Below, piece by piece: positions 7,676 through 16,911 of a stretch of DNA of 32,382 nucleotides; position 1 is the stretch's first letter; each line of letters opens with the position of its first letter. The notes below the pieces were generated by a model. The model was not told where the DNA came from. It ran no database searches and saw only the letters and a program-made list of their open reading frames with translations. Position numbers and translations under genes: made by a program. The DNA is from Chloroflexota bacterium (lineage in GTDB: Bacteria; Chloroflexota; UBA11872; VXOZ01): the NCBI GenBank assembly GCA_009839775.1, contig VXOZ01000005.1, positions 1-32,382 on the forward strand. Direction: 5' to 3'.

Positions 7676-8158
7676 TTACCAGAATCCTTGCAGTTGGTCT
7701 TTCAATTCGAGCAGGATATCGCCCAGACGCCGCAAACCGGTTGCGATTTCGTCCAGGCCGCCGGAAACCCGGCTCAGTCCCGCGTTGACTCGAATAACGC
7801 CGTCGTTGACGGCTTCGACCTTGTGCTTGGCCGCGACCAGTTTCTCATTGGCTGCCGCCAGATGAACGGCGGCTTCGGCCGGGTTGTCACCGGCCGCCAC
7901 CAGCTCATTGCTCGCTTCAAGGATCAGCTCGCTGATTTGAGGCAGCTCGCCGTTAACCTCGGCCAAGCCGGCGCTCGTTTCTTCCAAGCCGTCACTGACC
8001 TCGAAGACGCCGGCGCTGACTTGCTCCACCGAACGGCCTGCTTCCGCCAAGCTGTCGCGAATGGTGTTGGATCTGAGGAAGTTGAAAGTGACAATTGCCA
8101 GAAACAACAGGGCAACCAACGATACCGCGATCAGCAACCTCTTGATTTTGGAGAACAT
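7676..8158 (-). CDS. Membrane-anchored protein with xxxLxxG-type heptad repeats
   Basis: GGTGAGGA RBS, an N-terminal TM helix (LLIAVSLVALLFLAIVTF), and repeated SAGL/SDGL/NAGL/SGGL/ATGL units like the heptad repeats seen in YhgE/Pip-type proteins (recalled from memory). Confidence 0.6.
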   Translation of the reverse strand: MFSKIKRLLIAVSLVALLFLAIVTFNFLRSNTIRDSLAEAGRSVEQVSAGVFEVSDGLEETSAGLAEVNGELPQISELILEASNELVAAGDNPAEAAVHLAAANEKLVAAKHKVEAVNDGVIRVNAGLSRVSGGLDEIATGLRRLGDILLELKDQLQGFW

Positions 8159-8343
8159 GTAGTCCTCACCACCTTCCCGGTGTCGTGGAGCCGATGCGGG
8201 TGACCGCTAGCTCAGATTGTTAAGGGTCGTCCTTCAGTTCTGGTCAAAGAACTGCGGAACTGCTTATATTATGACACATTATAGAGGTTTATACAAACAA
8301 AGGCCGCCGGGGTTGCATGCAAAATAACGCTTCTTCGCAAATA

Positions 8344-8826
8344 CTAGGCCAGCTGTTCAGATTGAGCGTTTTGCCTAAGTTGGGGCTGCAGCAGCTCCAT
8401 GACAGCGGCGGCCTCATTCGTGTCTATCGGCAGCATGCCTTTTTCTTCAATGTAGTCGTCGAGGGTTTTTTCACCGGATTCGGTAATCCTCCAACGGCCT
8501 ATGCCCACGACATAGCCCTGCTGCTGGATGTAGCATGACGAGTCGGCCACCTTGAGGCGGAATTCTTTAGCGTCCGCATGCGATACGCCGTTGTCGCTAT
8601 CGGGCAAGGTTCCGAAAGAACGGAACAGCCGGACATCGGGCCCAAGGGAACGGCCCCCAGTGGCAACTGCTTCAACTTGATTGATATTGGCGTATTGCCC
8701 GGCTTGGTTGATAATTCTGATCAAAGCCAAAAGAGCCTTGCTGAGCGGCAAGGTGTCGATTTCAGCGATTCTTTCCCGGCGGACGGCTTCCCAACGCTCG
8801 TTCATGACAATCACATTATATAACAT
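8344..8826 (-). CDS. Hypothetical protein, possibly a winged-helix protein
   Basis: The track ORF reaches 8904 but its first 26 codons overlap tRNA-Ser. The first non-overlapping ATG is 8826, with 8805 as an alternative. The C-terminal GYVVGIGRWRITESGEKTL looks like a winged-helix wing. No RBS was found. Confidence 0.45.
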   Translation of the reverse strand: MLYNVIVMNERWEAVRRERIAEIDTLPLSKALLALIRIINQAGQYANINQVEAVATGGRSLGPDVRLFRSFGTLPDSDNGVSHADAKEFRLKVADSSCYIQQQGYVVGIGRWRITESGEKTLDDYIEEKGMLPIDTNEAAAVMELLQPQLRQNAQSEQLA

Positions 8827-8840
8827 CCATCGAAGAAGGC

Positions 8841-8932
<92 letters not shown>

Positions 8933-9063
8933 AGATACCAGACCAAAGCCTACGGCATTAAATATACCAGAGCGAGGCGCGCATGGCGCTCATTTGGGCA
9001 AAATAAGAAGGGGGCGGGGGGTTCGCAAAATCCGGCCGAAGCATCGCAAAGATGCTTGCGAGT

Positions 9064-9092
9064 TTGATTAAAAACTTCTGATATGTTCTAAT
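9064..9092 (+). promoter_or_regulatory. Promoter TTGATT-17 bp-TCTAAT (TGn-extended), 8 nt from the ATG at 9101
   Basis: TTGATT at 9064-9069, a 17-nt spacer ending in TGT, and TCTAAT at 9087-9092. Only AACAAACT separates the -10 box from the start codon, implying a leaderless or near-leaderless mRNA. Confidence 0.5.
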
Positions 9093-9100
9093 AACAAACT

Positions 9101-9412
9101 ATGAGCGAGAGTTTTTACGAACGAGAATTAGACCGGGTAGACGAGAACCGAAACAATAAGACCTTTTCGGACAATCTAGATACGGACCATGTCGATTACC
9201 AGCACGGGTACAAAAACTCGAAAAACAAGAAAGGCGGCAGAAGAACCCCGACCTCGCTGAGCACCCTGAGCTTGGCCAGATCTATCATGCGGGAAAACGG
9301 CGACGACATGACGGCGGAAGAAATTATCCGAACTATCGAGGGCGAAGGGCGCACGGTAACGTCGGCGTCCAGAAACCACATCTTCAGGCTCGTGGAGAGG
9401 GCGGGCAACTGA
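9101..9412 (+). CDS. Hypothetical protein (103 aa)
   Basis: The ORF sits directly downstream of the promoter above. A basic linker (KNSKNKKGGRR) precedes a C-terminal helical segment (MTAEEIIRTIEGEG) that could be a small HTH. No firm assignment. Confidence 0.5.
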   Translation: MSESFYERELDRVDENRNNKTFSDNLDTDHVDYQHGYKNSKNKKGGRRTPTSLSTLSLARSIMRENGDDMTAEEIIRTIEGEGRTVTSASRNHIFRLVERAGN

Positions 9413-9446
9413 AAACGCAGGCTGAGAACCCGAACTCAAGCACGCC

Positions 9447-10151
9447 ATGGAAAGAATACACCCAGAAGAGACGCGAACCGCGGAGCCGGAAATCTTAACC
9501 CCTTTGACCTTCGTCCAGGTTGAAAGTTGCGCCGATATCGACGCCAGGTTGGCGGCCATCTTGGAGGCGCTTGAAGAATGCTCCCGCCAAAAGAGCCTTA
9601 TTTCCCCCGGATACCTTAGGAGGGATAAAATCAGCAACGGCTGCCAGCAAGACGATTACGGCCGGCCAATCAGACTGGTGGAAGGCAATTCCTCCTGCTA
9701 CCATATGCACACTCGGGAATACGAGTCGGCGACCCCGGCATTAGTAGTCACCAAAGGGACGTACGGCGACTACAGCTTTAACGGCCAGTCTTCCGGCAAA
9801 GCCCAAATGGCCGTCACTTATTGGTTGCGGCCGGCCCTGCTTCTCAACGGTCAGGAACTGGAGTCGGCCAGAGAAAGGTCGGTCAGGGAAATATGCGCCA
9901 AATACGCGAAGGACAGTCTAAAGTACGCCTATATCTTGGAGTATGAACTCGCGTCCCGGACGAGATCCGAATCTGGGACTGACAGAATCATCAGAAAGCA
10001 TATCAGCGCCCATTTCAGGAACGGCGAAGCGGTTGAAGCCAGTATCCTGGACCGCGTTGGCGAAAACCGCCAAGCCTCGGAATTGATTATCATGCGCAAC
10101 CGCTTGGGTGAGCTGAGCCAAGAGATCAGACACCCACCGGCGTTCGCGTGA
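9447..10151 (+). CDS. Hypothetical protein (234 aa)
   Basis: Long ORF co-directional with 9101..9412 and 35 nt downstream of it. No recognisable motif. Confidence 0.55.
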   Translation: MERIHPEETRTAEPEILTPLTFVQVESCADIDARLAAILEALEECSRQKSLISPGYLRRDKISNGCQQDDYGRPIRLVEGNSSCYHMHTREYESATPALVVTKGTYGDYSFNGQSSGKAQMAVTYWLRPALLLNGQELESARERSVREICAKYAKDSLKYAYILEYELASRTRSESGTDRIIRKHISAHFRNGEAVEASILDRVGENRQASELIIMRNRLGELSQEIRHPPAFA

Positions 10152-10156
10152 TATAT

Positions 10157-10888
10157 TCAAGCGTTGAAAACAAGCAGGTAGATAATCATGGCGGTTGCCA
10201 TTGCGGCCATTGCCCGCCGGACGAAGTTGTTGCCGCCCTTGACAGCCAATCTCGAGCCTATTTGAGCGCCTATCATGTTGGCAAGCAGCAGGGCGATCCC
10301 GAACCTGAAGTCTATCAAGCCGCTGAAGAGAAGCATGCCGATAGCCAGCAAGCTGCTCAAACCGTTGGCCAACAAAGCGGCGGCAACCGCCTGCAACGCT
10401 GTCAGCCCCCTGAAGTAAATCAAGGCCGAAACGGCCAGCAAGTTGTTACCGAAACCCCCGGCCGCGGCAAAACGGGCCGCGGAATAAACCCAAGGCCAAG
10501 CCCTCTTGGGGCGGCGTTCCGTAACCGGAGCCTCTTTTTTCCTTATGACAAACAGCAGGACGATGACCAGGCTGGCAATAATTAGCTTGGTAAGCAAATC
10601 TTCACTAACGCGGATAATCAAAAAAGTGCCCGCTGCGGTAGCTAGCAAATTAAGAACAACGATAGGCGGCAGGGCTCGCTTTTTAAACTGCTTCGCGCGG
10701 CGCAGGTTGCGTAAAGCCGGCGGATAGAAACCGGCGTCTCCGAAAATATGGGTCGCAACGGCGCTGTTGACGGGCAAGCCGATGTAAAGAAGAGCCGCTA
10801 GCTGGATGATGCCGGCTCCACCACCGGACATCGAACCCACCAGAGCGGCCAAGAAACCGGCCGCGGTAACAATCGCAATGTCCAGCAT
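10157..10888 (-). CDS. TauE/SafE (TSUP, DUF81) family anion exporter
   Basis: Polytopic membrane protein of 243 aa. It has the duplicated G-rich motifs typical of TSUP/TauE proteins (GSMSGGGAGIIQLAALLY..., AAGGFGNN...). A minus-strand TATAAT at 10896-10901 lies 7 nt from the ATG. Confidence 0.8.
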   Translation of the reverse strand: MLDIAIVTAAGFLAALVGSMSGGGAGIIQLAALLYIGLPVNSAVATHIFGDAGFYPPALRNLRRAKQFKKRALPPIVVLNLLATAAGTFLIIRVSEDLLTKLIIASLVIVLLFVIRKKEAPVTERRPKRAWPWVYSAARFAAAGGFGNNLLAVSALIYFRGLTALQAVAAALLANGLSSLLAIGMLLFSGLIDFRFGIALLLANMIGAQIGSRLAVKGGNNFVRRAMAAMATAMIIYLLVFNA

Positions 10889-10983
10889 GGTGGCTATTAT
10901 AATTCAAGATTGGGTAGCAGTTCCCTCGCATGGGTGTAAATAGTTTATAATTTACTTTTGTAAGTCAACAGTTTGACTTTTGA

Positions 10984-11060
10984 AGGGGAGTAGCTCAGTT
11001 GGCTAGAGCATCGGTCTCCAAAACCGAGGGTCGCAGGTTCGAATCCTGTCTCCCCTGCCA
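10984..11060 (+). tRNA. tRNA-Trp (anticodon CCA)
   Basis: Acceptor AGGGGAG/CTCCCCT, D arm GCTC-AGTTGGCTA-GAGC, anticodon stem TCGGT/ACCGA with loop CTCCAAA (CCA), and T arm GCAGG-TTCGAAT-CCTGT, then G and CCA. Base composition changes sharply right after position 11060. Confidence 0.9.
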
Positions 11061-11125
11061 GACATGATGTTTGGCAGAAACATAAGATAACTACACATCT
11101 GTTGAATATAATTTTATGAGGTGTT

Positions 11126-13744
11126 ATGGCTTTTGACTCATCACAAAAATGTGGATCACTGTGGAGAAAGTGGGATATACAAATACAGCCCATAAAAAAT
11201 GCATGGCTTCCTAATCTTGAGAAAAATAAAAATGCAATCAAAAAGGCAACTAGAGAATATCTTCAACAAGCGACAGATGCAGAGATGTCCGTCGTAGCGA
11301 TTACTGATCATAATTGTGGTATGGCCGTAGATGCAGCATTACAAATCATCGAGGAGGAAGGCTGCAACATTAAAGTGCTTCCAGGTGTAGAAATCGATAC
11401 AGAAATTGGATACCAATTACTTATAATTTTTAACCCAGCTTATAGAGAAGCAATCTGTAAAGACACTTGGGAGGACGCCGTGGAGCATTTCTTGAACAAC
11501 ATTTGCAATCTGCCCTCGCCGGTAATTAATATGGACGGTCAAGCCAAGTCCATTGGCGGAGACATTCATGCAGTATTAACCCGCATATGCAAAGAAGATA
11601 TAGGTGTACCCGTTTTTGCGCATTGTCAAAGTGATAAAGGTTTGTTCAAAAAAGCAACGCCCGCTCGTCGTCAAGAGTATTTCAATAATTATCTACAAGG
11701 CAAGTATTACTTTGCGCTTGATCATAAGAGTGATGAAAGCATAGAGGCAACAAAAGAGACTATTAAGGGCTGGGGGATGGACGAGAGTAAATTTGCTTAT
11801 GTGAAGAGTTCTGATTCTCATCAAGCTTCTTTATCGGGATCTGTTTTCTCTTGGATTAAAGCAGATCCTACATTCGAAGGCCTAAGGCAAATTATCTATG
11901 AACCGATGGAGAGGATAAGAATACAGATAGAGGATCCTTCTCTGGAGTACAATAAGCCTTATTTCTCGAAAATTAATATAAAAAAGCAGATTGGGGTATT
12001 TAATCGGAAAGACAATCAGGTTTATCTATCTCAAAACACACTCACCTTGAATAAGAATCTGGTCACAATTATAGGTGGCCGCGGAACCGGTAAGAGTATT
12101 TTAATCGACTATTGGGCGAGCATTTTTGAAAAAAATATATCTGATGAGCCAGAGCGCTATTCCAGCAAAGAAGATTTTTGCATAGAGTACGCTAAAGACA
12201 ATGTGCTCAATCCGAGCACAGAAATCTATTGCGGTAATGGAGAAAATTATCTGGATTTTATTTACATACCGCAATCTCAGTTAAAAGAGGTTTCACAAAA
12301 AGATAGGATTGAGGAAGAGGTGAAGCAGTTATTGGATCTAGAAAACCTGCATTTTTCTCAGAGTTTAAACAGTGAGATCCAAAGCCTCTTGGAAAATATT
12401 AACAAGCTTGATAGCTGGTTTCTAGAAGAGGATGAAAAGGGGAGGCAATGGAATCAGGCAGAATATATCAAAGTTCGCCGAGCTAAGAATGAAAAACTGC
12501 TTCTAAGTATCACAACGCAAGACAATAGAGAGAAGCTCAAAAAGTATACCGATAACATCAGTGCAATAGAAGAGGTAAAAAACAGCCTAAGGTATTTAAA
12601 CGATACTAGCCAAAAGATAGTACAGACGCAAAGAATACTCAATTCAAATATAGACGAGATTAACCTCAGACTATCTTCTATTACAGGATCCAAAAAAATA
12701 GAATCATTATCTTTCAAGAGCCAGCTGGCAAGTATCGAAGAAAACATAGATCTTTTGGGCCGGCAAGAGGAAGAAAAACGAGATGAAAATGAAAAAATCA
12801 AGGCGGATTTTGAAAAAGAGGGCTTTGTTGGGGACTTGGTCAGCCTGCTAAAGAATGCCAGAATGTACCAGGCCAATATTAAGGATGCAGACCAAAGACT
12901 ATCGGTCATAGAGAAGAAGGAGGAGGAACTACAAGAACTTCTTGTTAAGAGAAATAAGCTAGCTTTTAAATTTAAGGATGAGTATGAGAAACAAAAAGGT
13001 AAAATAGATAAGTCATGGCGCGATATTTTAGAAAAACACGAGGGTGCGCATAAAGACCTGATAGAAAGAATTTTACTTAAGGACGGTAGGATATCTGTTG
13101 AGGGGGAAATTGTTTTTGATCAGGGCAAATTTTACGAGAAATTACTTGATATTGTCGATAAGCGCACGTACAAAGATATTGGTGCCTTAAAAGAAAAAGT
13201 AGGGGTATCCAGTTTTGACGACTGGGTGGTGTTTGTAAATGCAGAACTTAAAAATTTTCTGGATAGTGAAGATCCATCTAGATCTGAGAAGATTATGAGT
13301 GTAATTTTTAGCCCTAAAGAACGTAAGGACTACTTGAGGACTACACCTAAAATCAAATATGATAGCAAGAACTTGGATCGCTTATCTGCTGGACAAAGAG
13401 GGACCGTTTACTTATGCCTGAAATTGGCTACGCATGCTTTCTCTAAACCCATTATTTTTGACCAACCAGAGGATGATTTGGATAACCAGTTTATTGTCAA
13501 TGAGCTCATTGGCATATTCAGGCAACTCAAATATTATCGTCAAATCATTATTGCGACTCACAACGCTAACTTAGTTGTTAATGCGGACGCTGAGCAAATA
13601 ATCATCGCAGACAATGTTGATGAAAAACTATTTTACACCTCCGGCTCTCTAGAAAATCCGGCAGTAATAAATAAGGTCTGTAATATCCTAGAAGGTGGCG
13701 AAGAGGCCTTTGAGAGAAGGAAGAATAGATACCATCTCAACTAA
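11126..13744 (+). CDS. PHP-domain / Rad50-SbcC-like ABC ATPase fusion protein (TrlF/PplA-like candidate defence protein)
   Basis: The N-terminal region of about 270 aa carries PHP-like motifs: VAITDHN, PGVEID, VFAHCQSD and SSDSHQ, then WIKADPTFEGL. Walker A is GGRGTGKS (nt 12074-12097). A Lys/Glu-rich coiled-coil insert of about 350 aa follows. The ABC signature is LSAGQRG (from nt 13382), Walker B is IIFDQPEDDLD (13451-13483) and the H-loop is ATHNAN. Confidence 0.8.
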   Translation: MAFDSSQKCGSLWRKWDIQIQPIKNAWLPNLEKNKNAIKKATREYLQQATDAEMSVVAITDHNCGMAVDAALQIIEEEGCNIKVLPGVEIDTEIGYQLLIIFNPAYREAICKDTWEDAVEHFLNNICNLPSPVINMDGQAKSIGGDIHAVLTRICKEDIGVPVFAHCQSDKGLFKKATPARRQEYFNNYLQGKYYFALDHKSDESIEATKETIKGWGMDESKFAYVKSSDSHQASLSGSVFSWIKADPTFEGLRQIIYEPMERIRIQIEDPSLEYNKPYFSKINIKKQIGVFNRKDNQVYLSQNTLTLNKNLVTIIGGRGTGKSILIDYWASIFEKNISDEPERYSSKEDFCIEYAKDNVLNPSTEIYCGNGENYLDFIYIPQSQLKEVSQKDRIEEEVKQLLDLENLHFSQSLNSEIQSLLENINKLDSWFLEEDEKGRQWNQAEYIKVRRAKNEKLLLSITTQDNREKLKKYTDNISAIEEVKNSLRYLNDTSQKIVQTQRILNSNIDEINLRLSSITGSKKIESLSFKSQLASIEENIDLLGRQEEEKRDENEKIKADFEKEGFVGDLVSLLKNARMYQANIKDADQRLSVIEKKEEELQELLVKRNKLAFKFKDEYEKQKGKIDKSWRDILEKHEGAHKDLIERILLKDGRISVEGEIVFDQGKFYEKLLDIVDKRTYKDIGALKEKVGVSSFDDWVVFVNAELKNFLDSEDPSRSEKIMSVIFSPKERKDYLRTTPKIKYDSKNLDRLSAGQRGTVYLCLKLATHAFSKPIIFDQPEDDLDNQFIVNELIGIFRQLKYYRQIIIATHNANLVVNADAEQIIIADNVDEKLFYTSGSLENPAVINKVCNILEGGEEAFERRKNRYHLN

Positions 13745-13749
13745 AGAGA

Positions 13750-16700
13750 TTAGAGATTTCTATATTTCTTAAAACTCTCTACCTGTTCAAAGATTTCCTT
13801 ATACACCTCGTCACGATCAACAGGGGGATAGTTGTGGTCAGCTAGTAAAACAATAAGATTGGCTTTCAATTCCGCTTTGATATCTTCACGCTTATCCCAG
13901 GCAGCGTATCTGGTTTTGCTGTCAACTAGTGATTTGACCGATTTAGCAAGATTAACTAATTTATCGTCGGGGTACTCAAAATTATATTTGACTGTTAGGG
14001 CTTTTAGGATGTCGTAAAATGCCTTCTCTTCGACTACGATTCCGAGTTTTTTGAAGGAGTGGTATTCTTCCTTAAGGTTATGGATGAGGTCGACGATTTC
14101 ATTTGTAAAATCCTCGACAACTTCACTGACCAACATATCTTCTTTACGCTTGTTGTATTTATCCACTAATACTTTAAGTTTTTGCGAGAAATCAATGCTC
14201 TTGATTTTGTTCACTTTCTTGAAATCATCAATGGCTTTGGAAAGCAGTCGTTGAAGTAGTTTAAGTTTAGTATTGGGTAGTTGTATCTGCTCTATTTTTT
14301 GCAGGTACTTATCATCAAAAACATCAATCTTAGCTGTTTGATCCTCGCTTAATTTTAAAATTTCCTCAATTCCTTCACTCTTCAAGGCTTCTTGTATCAT
14401 TGCGCTCACGCGTTTGTTCATTTGGGCAGCATCAGGGGCTTCACCTTTAGTCAATTTATATATGATGGAGCGGATAGCTAGGTAAAAATGAATGCGATCC
14501 CGCTCTTTATCTGAAAATGAATGTGAATCACCGCTACAGATATTGTATGCAGCCTTCATGCGCTTTACGAGACGCATAAAACGCCTCTCGATATCATACG
14601 TAGTCTGTGCGTATTCAGCGGCCATATTGAGTGTATGCAGCTGCTCGACGGGTGAACCATCGAAATATTTTGAACCATCAAATTTGTGAAAGATTTTATC
14701 CAGTAAATGCAAATGATCCTTTACTATCACTACAGACTGTTGGATATCTTCGATATTGCCAAGGCTTGTCTTATCATATTGCGCCAATGCCAGATTCATT
14801 TGCTTTTTGATACCGATATAATCTACGACAAGCCCCTTAATTTTGCCGCCAGCCTTGCGGTTGACGCGCGAAATAGTTTGAATCAGCGTATGTTTTTGAA
14901 TGGGTTTATCCAGATACATCGTATCGAGGAAAGGTACGTCAAAGCCGGTCAACCACATATCGACTACGATAGCTATACGGAAGTTTGATTTTATAAACTT
15001 GAATTGACGATCTAGCTCCTTGCGGTCTGCCTTGGTGCCAAGCATGGAATATAATGCCGGGTCATCGTCTTGGTTCCGGGTCATAACCAATTTTATGCGC
15101 TCCATAGGCTTGATTTCGCGCTTTTCTCTTTCACTCAGTTCAATGCCATCTGCCGCGAATTCAACTTCCACCCATTCAGGTCGTAATGCGATGATTTCTT
15201 TGTATAACGAGTAGGCAATTTGTCTACTACTCGAAACGAATAACGCCTTGCCAGCAATGGTCGCGTTTTCTTTGATACGGTTTTCATAATGCTCCACGAA
15301 GTCTGCTGCCAGCGAACGGACACGATCAGGGTCGCCCAAAATCATGGATAATTTGGTATTGGCTTTTTTGCTTTCTTCTATTTGATATTCACTAGCGCCG
15401 GCCTCTGCAGCTTGAGCGTAATACTTCTCAATTTCTCTTAATTTACTATTGTCCAGCAGCACCTTTGCTGCACGTCCCTCATATGTAATATCCACGGTGA
15501 TTTCATCTTTCACTGATTCCCGCATAGTATAACTATCGACCACTTCGCCAAAAACATCTAACGTAGCATCTATTGGCGTGCCTGTGAAACCGACATAAGT
15601 CGCATTGGGTAGCGAATCATGTAAGTACTTAGCAAATCCATATGAGCGTTGCACGCCGTCAGAAGTGACGACAACTTTCTGATCAAAATTCACCTGACTG
15701 CGATGAGCTTCGTCGGATATGCAGATTACATTACTGCGACCACTTAGCAAACTGGCCTTTTCAGAGAATTTCTGGATAGTGGTAAGGAATACTCCGCCAC
15801 TTTGGCGATTCTTCAGAGATTCATGTAGTTGAGAACGGCTGTCAATACTGAAGATAGTGGAATCTCCAATAAATGTCTTAGCGTTAGTAAAAAGTCCGGC
15901 CAATTGGTCATCCAAATCGGTACGGTCAGTAATCAGCAGGATTGTAGGGCTCTCAAAATCTACGCTTTTCATCAATAAGCGTGCAAGGTAAAGCATTATG
16001 TAGCTTTTACCGCTGCCGGTCGCACCAAAATATGTACCACCGCGGCCGTCACCGCTGGGGCGCCGATGCTCTTTAATATTCTCGTACAATTTGGTTGCGG
16101 CATAGAACTGCGGATATCGGCAAACAATCTTCTCCTCCTTATTGGTTGTATCGGGAAAATAAATGAAGTGCTGAATTACTTCTCTCAGGCGCGTTTTATC
16201 AAAAAGGCCTTCTATCATAGTATATAGAGATTTAATACCGTCGCATTCAAACACCTCTGCGCCATCAGTTTTACGCCATGCATAAAAGAATTCGTAAGGG
16301 GCAAAGAATGACCCCATTTTTGTGTTTGCACCATCACTGATAACGCAGAATGCATTGTACTTGAATAGCGTTGGTATATCCCTGCGATAACGATTAGTTA
16401 ATTGAATATAGGCATCATGCAATGTGGTGTTTTCACGTATGGCGCTCTTGAACTCGAAAACCACCAACGGTATTCCATTTATGTATAAAACACAGTCCGG
16501 TATGCGAGTCTCAAATCCCCTTATTTCAAGCTGATTTATGATTTTATAGATATTTTTATCGCTATTAGAATAGTCAATCAGCTCAATATAAAGATCCTTT
16601 TTATTGTGATCCTCTCGCTTCAGTAAAAAACCATCTGATATCTGGCGCATAATTTTCTTATTACTGCCATACAAATCTGATTCTGGTAGTAGCTTAAGCT

Positions 16701-16899
16701 CGCGTAGTATGGAGGAAATTTCGCTATCAGTAATACCGTCAGATGCATAGCGTCCCGACAGGTACTTGCGTAAATCATCGGCTAATAATACCTCGGTCAA
16801 TTTACGATCTATATCATCTCCACAAACATGTGTGATATTTTGCTCACTGAGTAGTGAGATGATAGCTTGTTCTAATTTTTCTTCCGTAAATTTCTGCAT
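13750..16899 (-). CDS. hsdR: Type I restriction enzyme R subunit (endonuclease/helicase)
   Basis: 1049 aa. The N-terminal PD-(D/E)xK region is IPDCVLYINGIPLVVFEFKS. SF2 helicase motif I is GATGSGKS and motif II is DEAH (ISDEAHRSQ). There is a long helical C-terminal domain. The gene is last in the M-S-R operon. Confidence 0.93.
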   Translation of the reverse strand: MQKFTEEKLEQAIISLLSEQNITHVCGDDIDRKLTEVLLADDLRKYLSGRYASDGITDSEISSILRELKLLPESDLYGSNKKIMRQISDGFLLKREDHNKKDLYIELIDYSNSDKNIYKIINQLEIRGFETRIPDCVLYINGIPLVVFEFKSAIRENTTLHDAYIQLTNRYRRDIPTLFKYNAFCVISDGANTKMGSFFAPYEFFYAWRKTDGAEVFECDGIKSLYTMIEGLFDKTRLREVIQHFIYFPDTTNKEEKIVCRYPQFYAATKLYENIKEHRRPSGDGRGGTYFGATGSGKSYIMLYLARLLMKSVDFESPTILLITDRTDLDDQLAGLFTNAKTFIGDSTIFSIDSRSQLHESLKNRQSGGVFLTTIQKFSEKASLLSGRSNVICISDEAHRSQVNFDQKVVVTSDGVQRSYGFAKYLHDSLPNATYVGFTGTPIDATLDVFGEVVDSYTMRESVKDEITVDITYEGRAAKVLLDNSKLREIEKYYAQAAEAGASEYQIEESKKANTKLSMILGDPDRVRSLAADFVEHYENRIKENATIAGKALFVSSSRQIAYSLYKEIIALRPEWVEVEFAADGIELSEREKREIKPMERIKLVMTRNQDDDPALYSMLGTKADRKELDRQFKFIKSNFRIAIVVDMWLTGFDVPFLDTMYLDKPIQKHTLIQTISRVNRKAGGKIKGLVVDYIGIKKQMNLALAQYDKTSLGNIEDIQQSVVIVKDHLHLLDKIFHKFDGSKYFDGSPVEQLHTLNMAAEYAQTTYDIERRFMRLVKRMKAAYNICSGDSHSFSDKERDRIHFYLAIRSIIYKLTKGEAPDAAQMNKRVSAMIQEALKSEGIEEILKLSEDQTAKIDVFDDKYLQKIEQIQLPNTKLKLLQRLLSKAIDDFKKVNKIKSIDFSQKLKVLVDKYNKRKEDMLVSEVVEDFTNEIVDLIHNLKEEYHSFKKLGIVVEEKAFYDILKALTVKYNFEYPDDKLVNLAKSVKSLVDSKTRYAAWDKREDIKAELKANLIVLLADHNYPPVDRDEVYKEIFEQVESFKKYRNL

Positions 16900-16911
16900 T
16901 GCTATACTTGT

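Noticed and set aside
11028-11060. Idea that the R1-R3 repeats are degenerate copies of the tRNA-Trp 3' end (att scars of serial integrations)
   Set aside because: Shared elements are limited to GGGTyGCA, TGTCT and CCTGCCA in a similar order. The T-arm sequence is not conserved. I keep it only as a hypothesis in the findings, not as a feature.
12454-12909. 151-aa antisense ORF inside the PHP-ABC ATPase gene
   Set aside because: It lies antisense to the Lys/Glu-rich coiled-coil region, and its Ser/Phe/Leu-rich translation is the expected mirror artefact.
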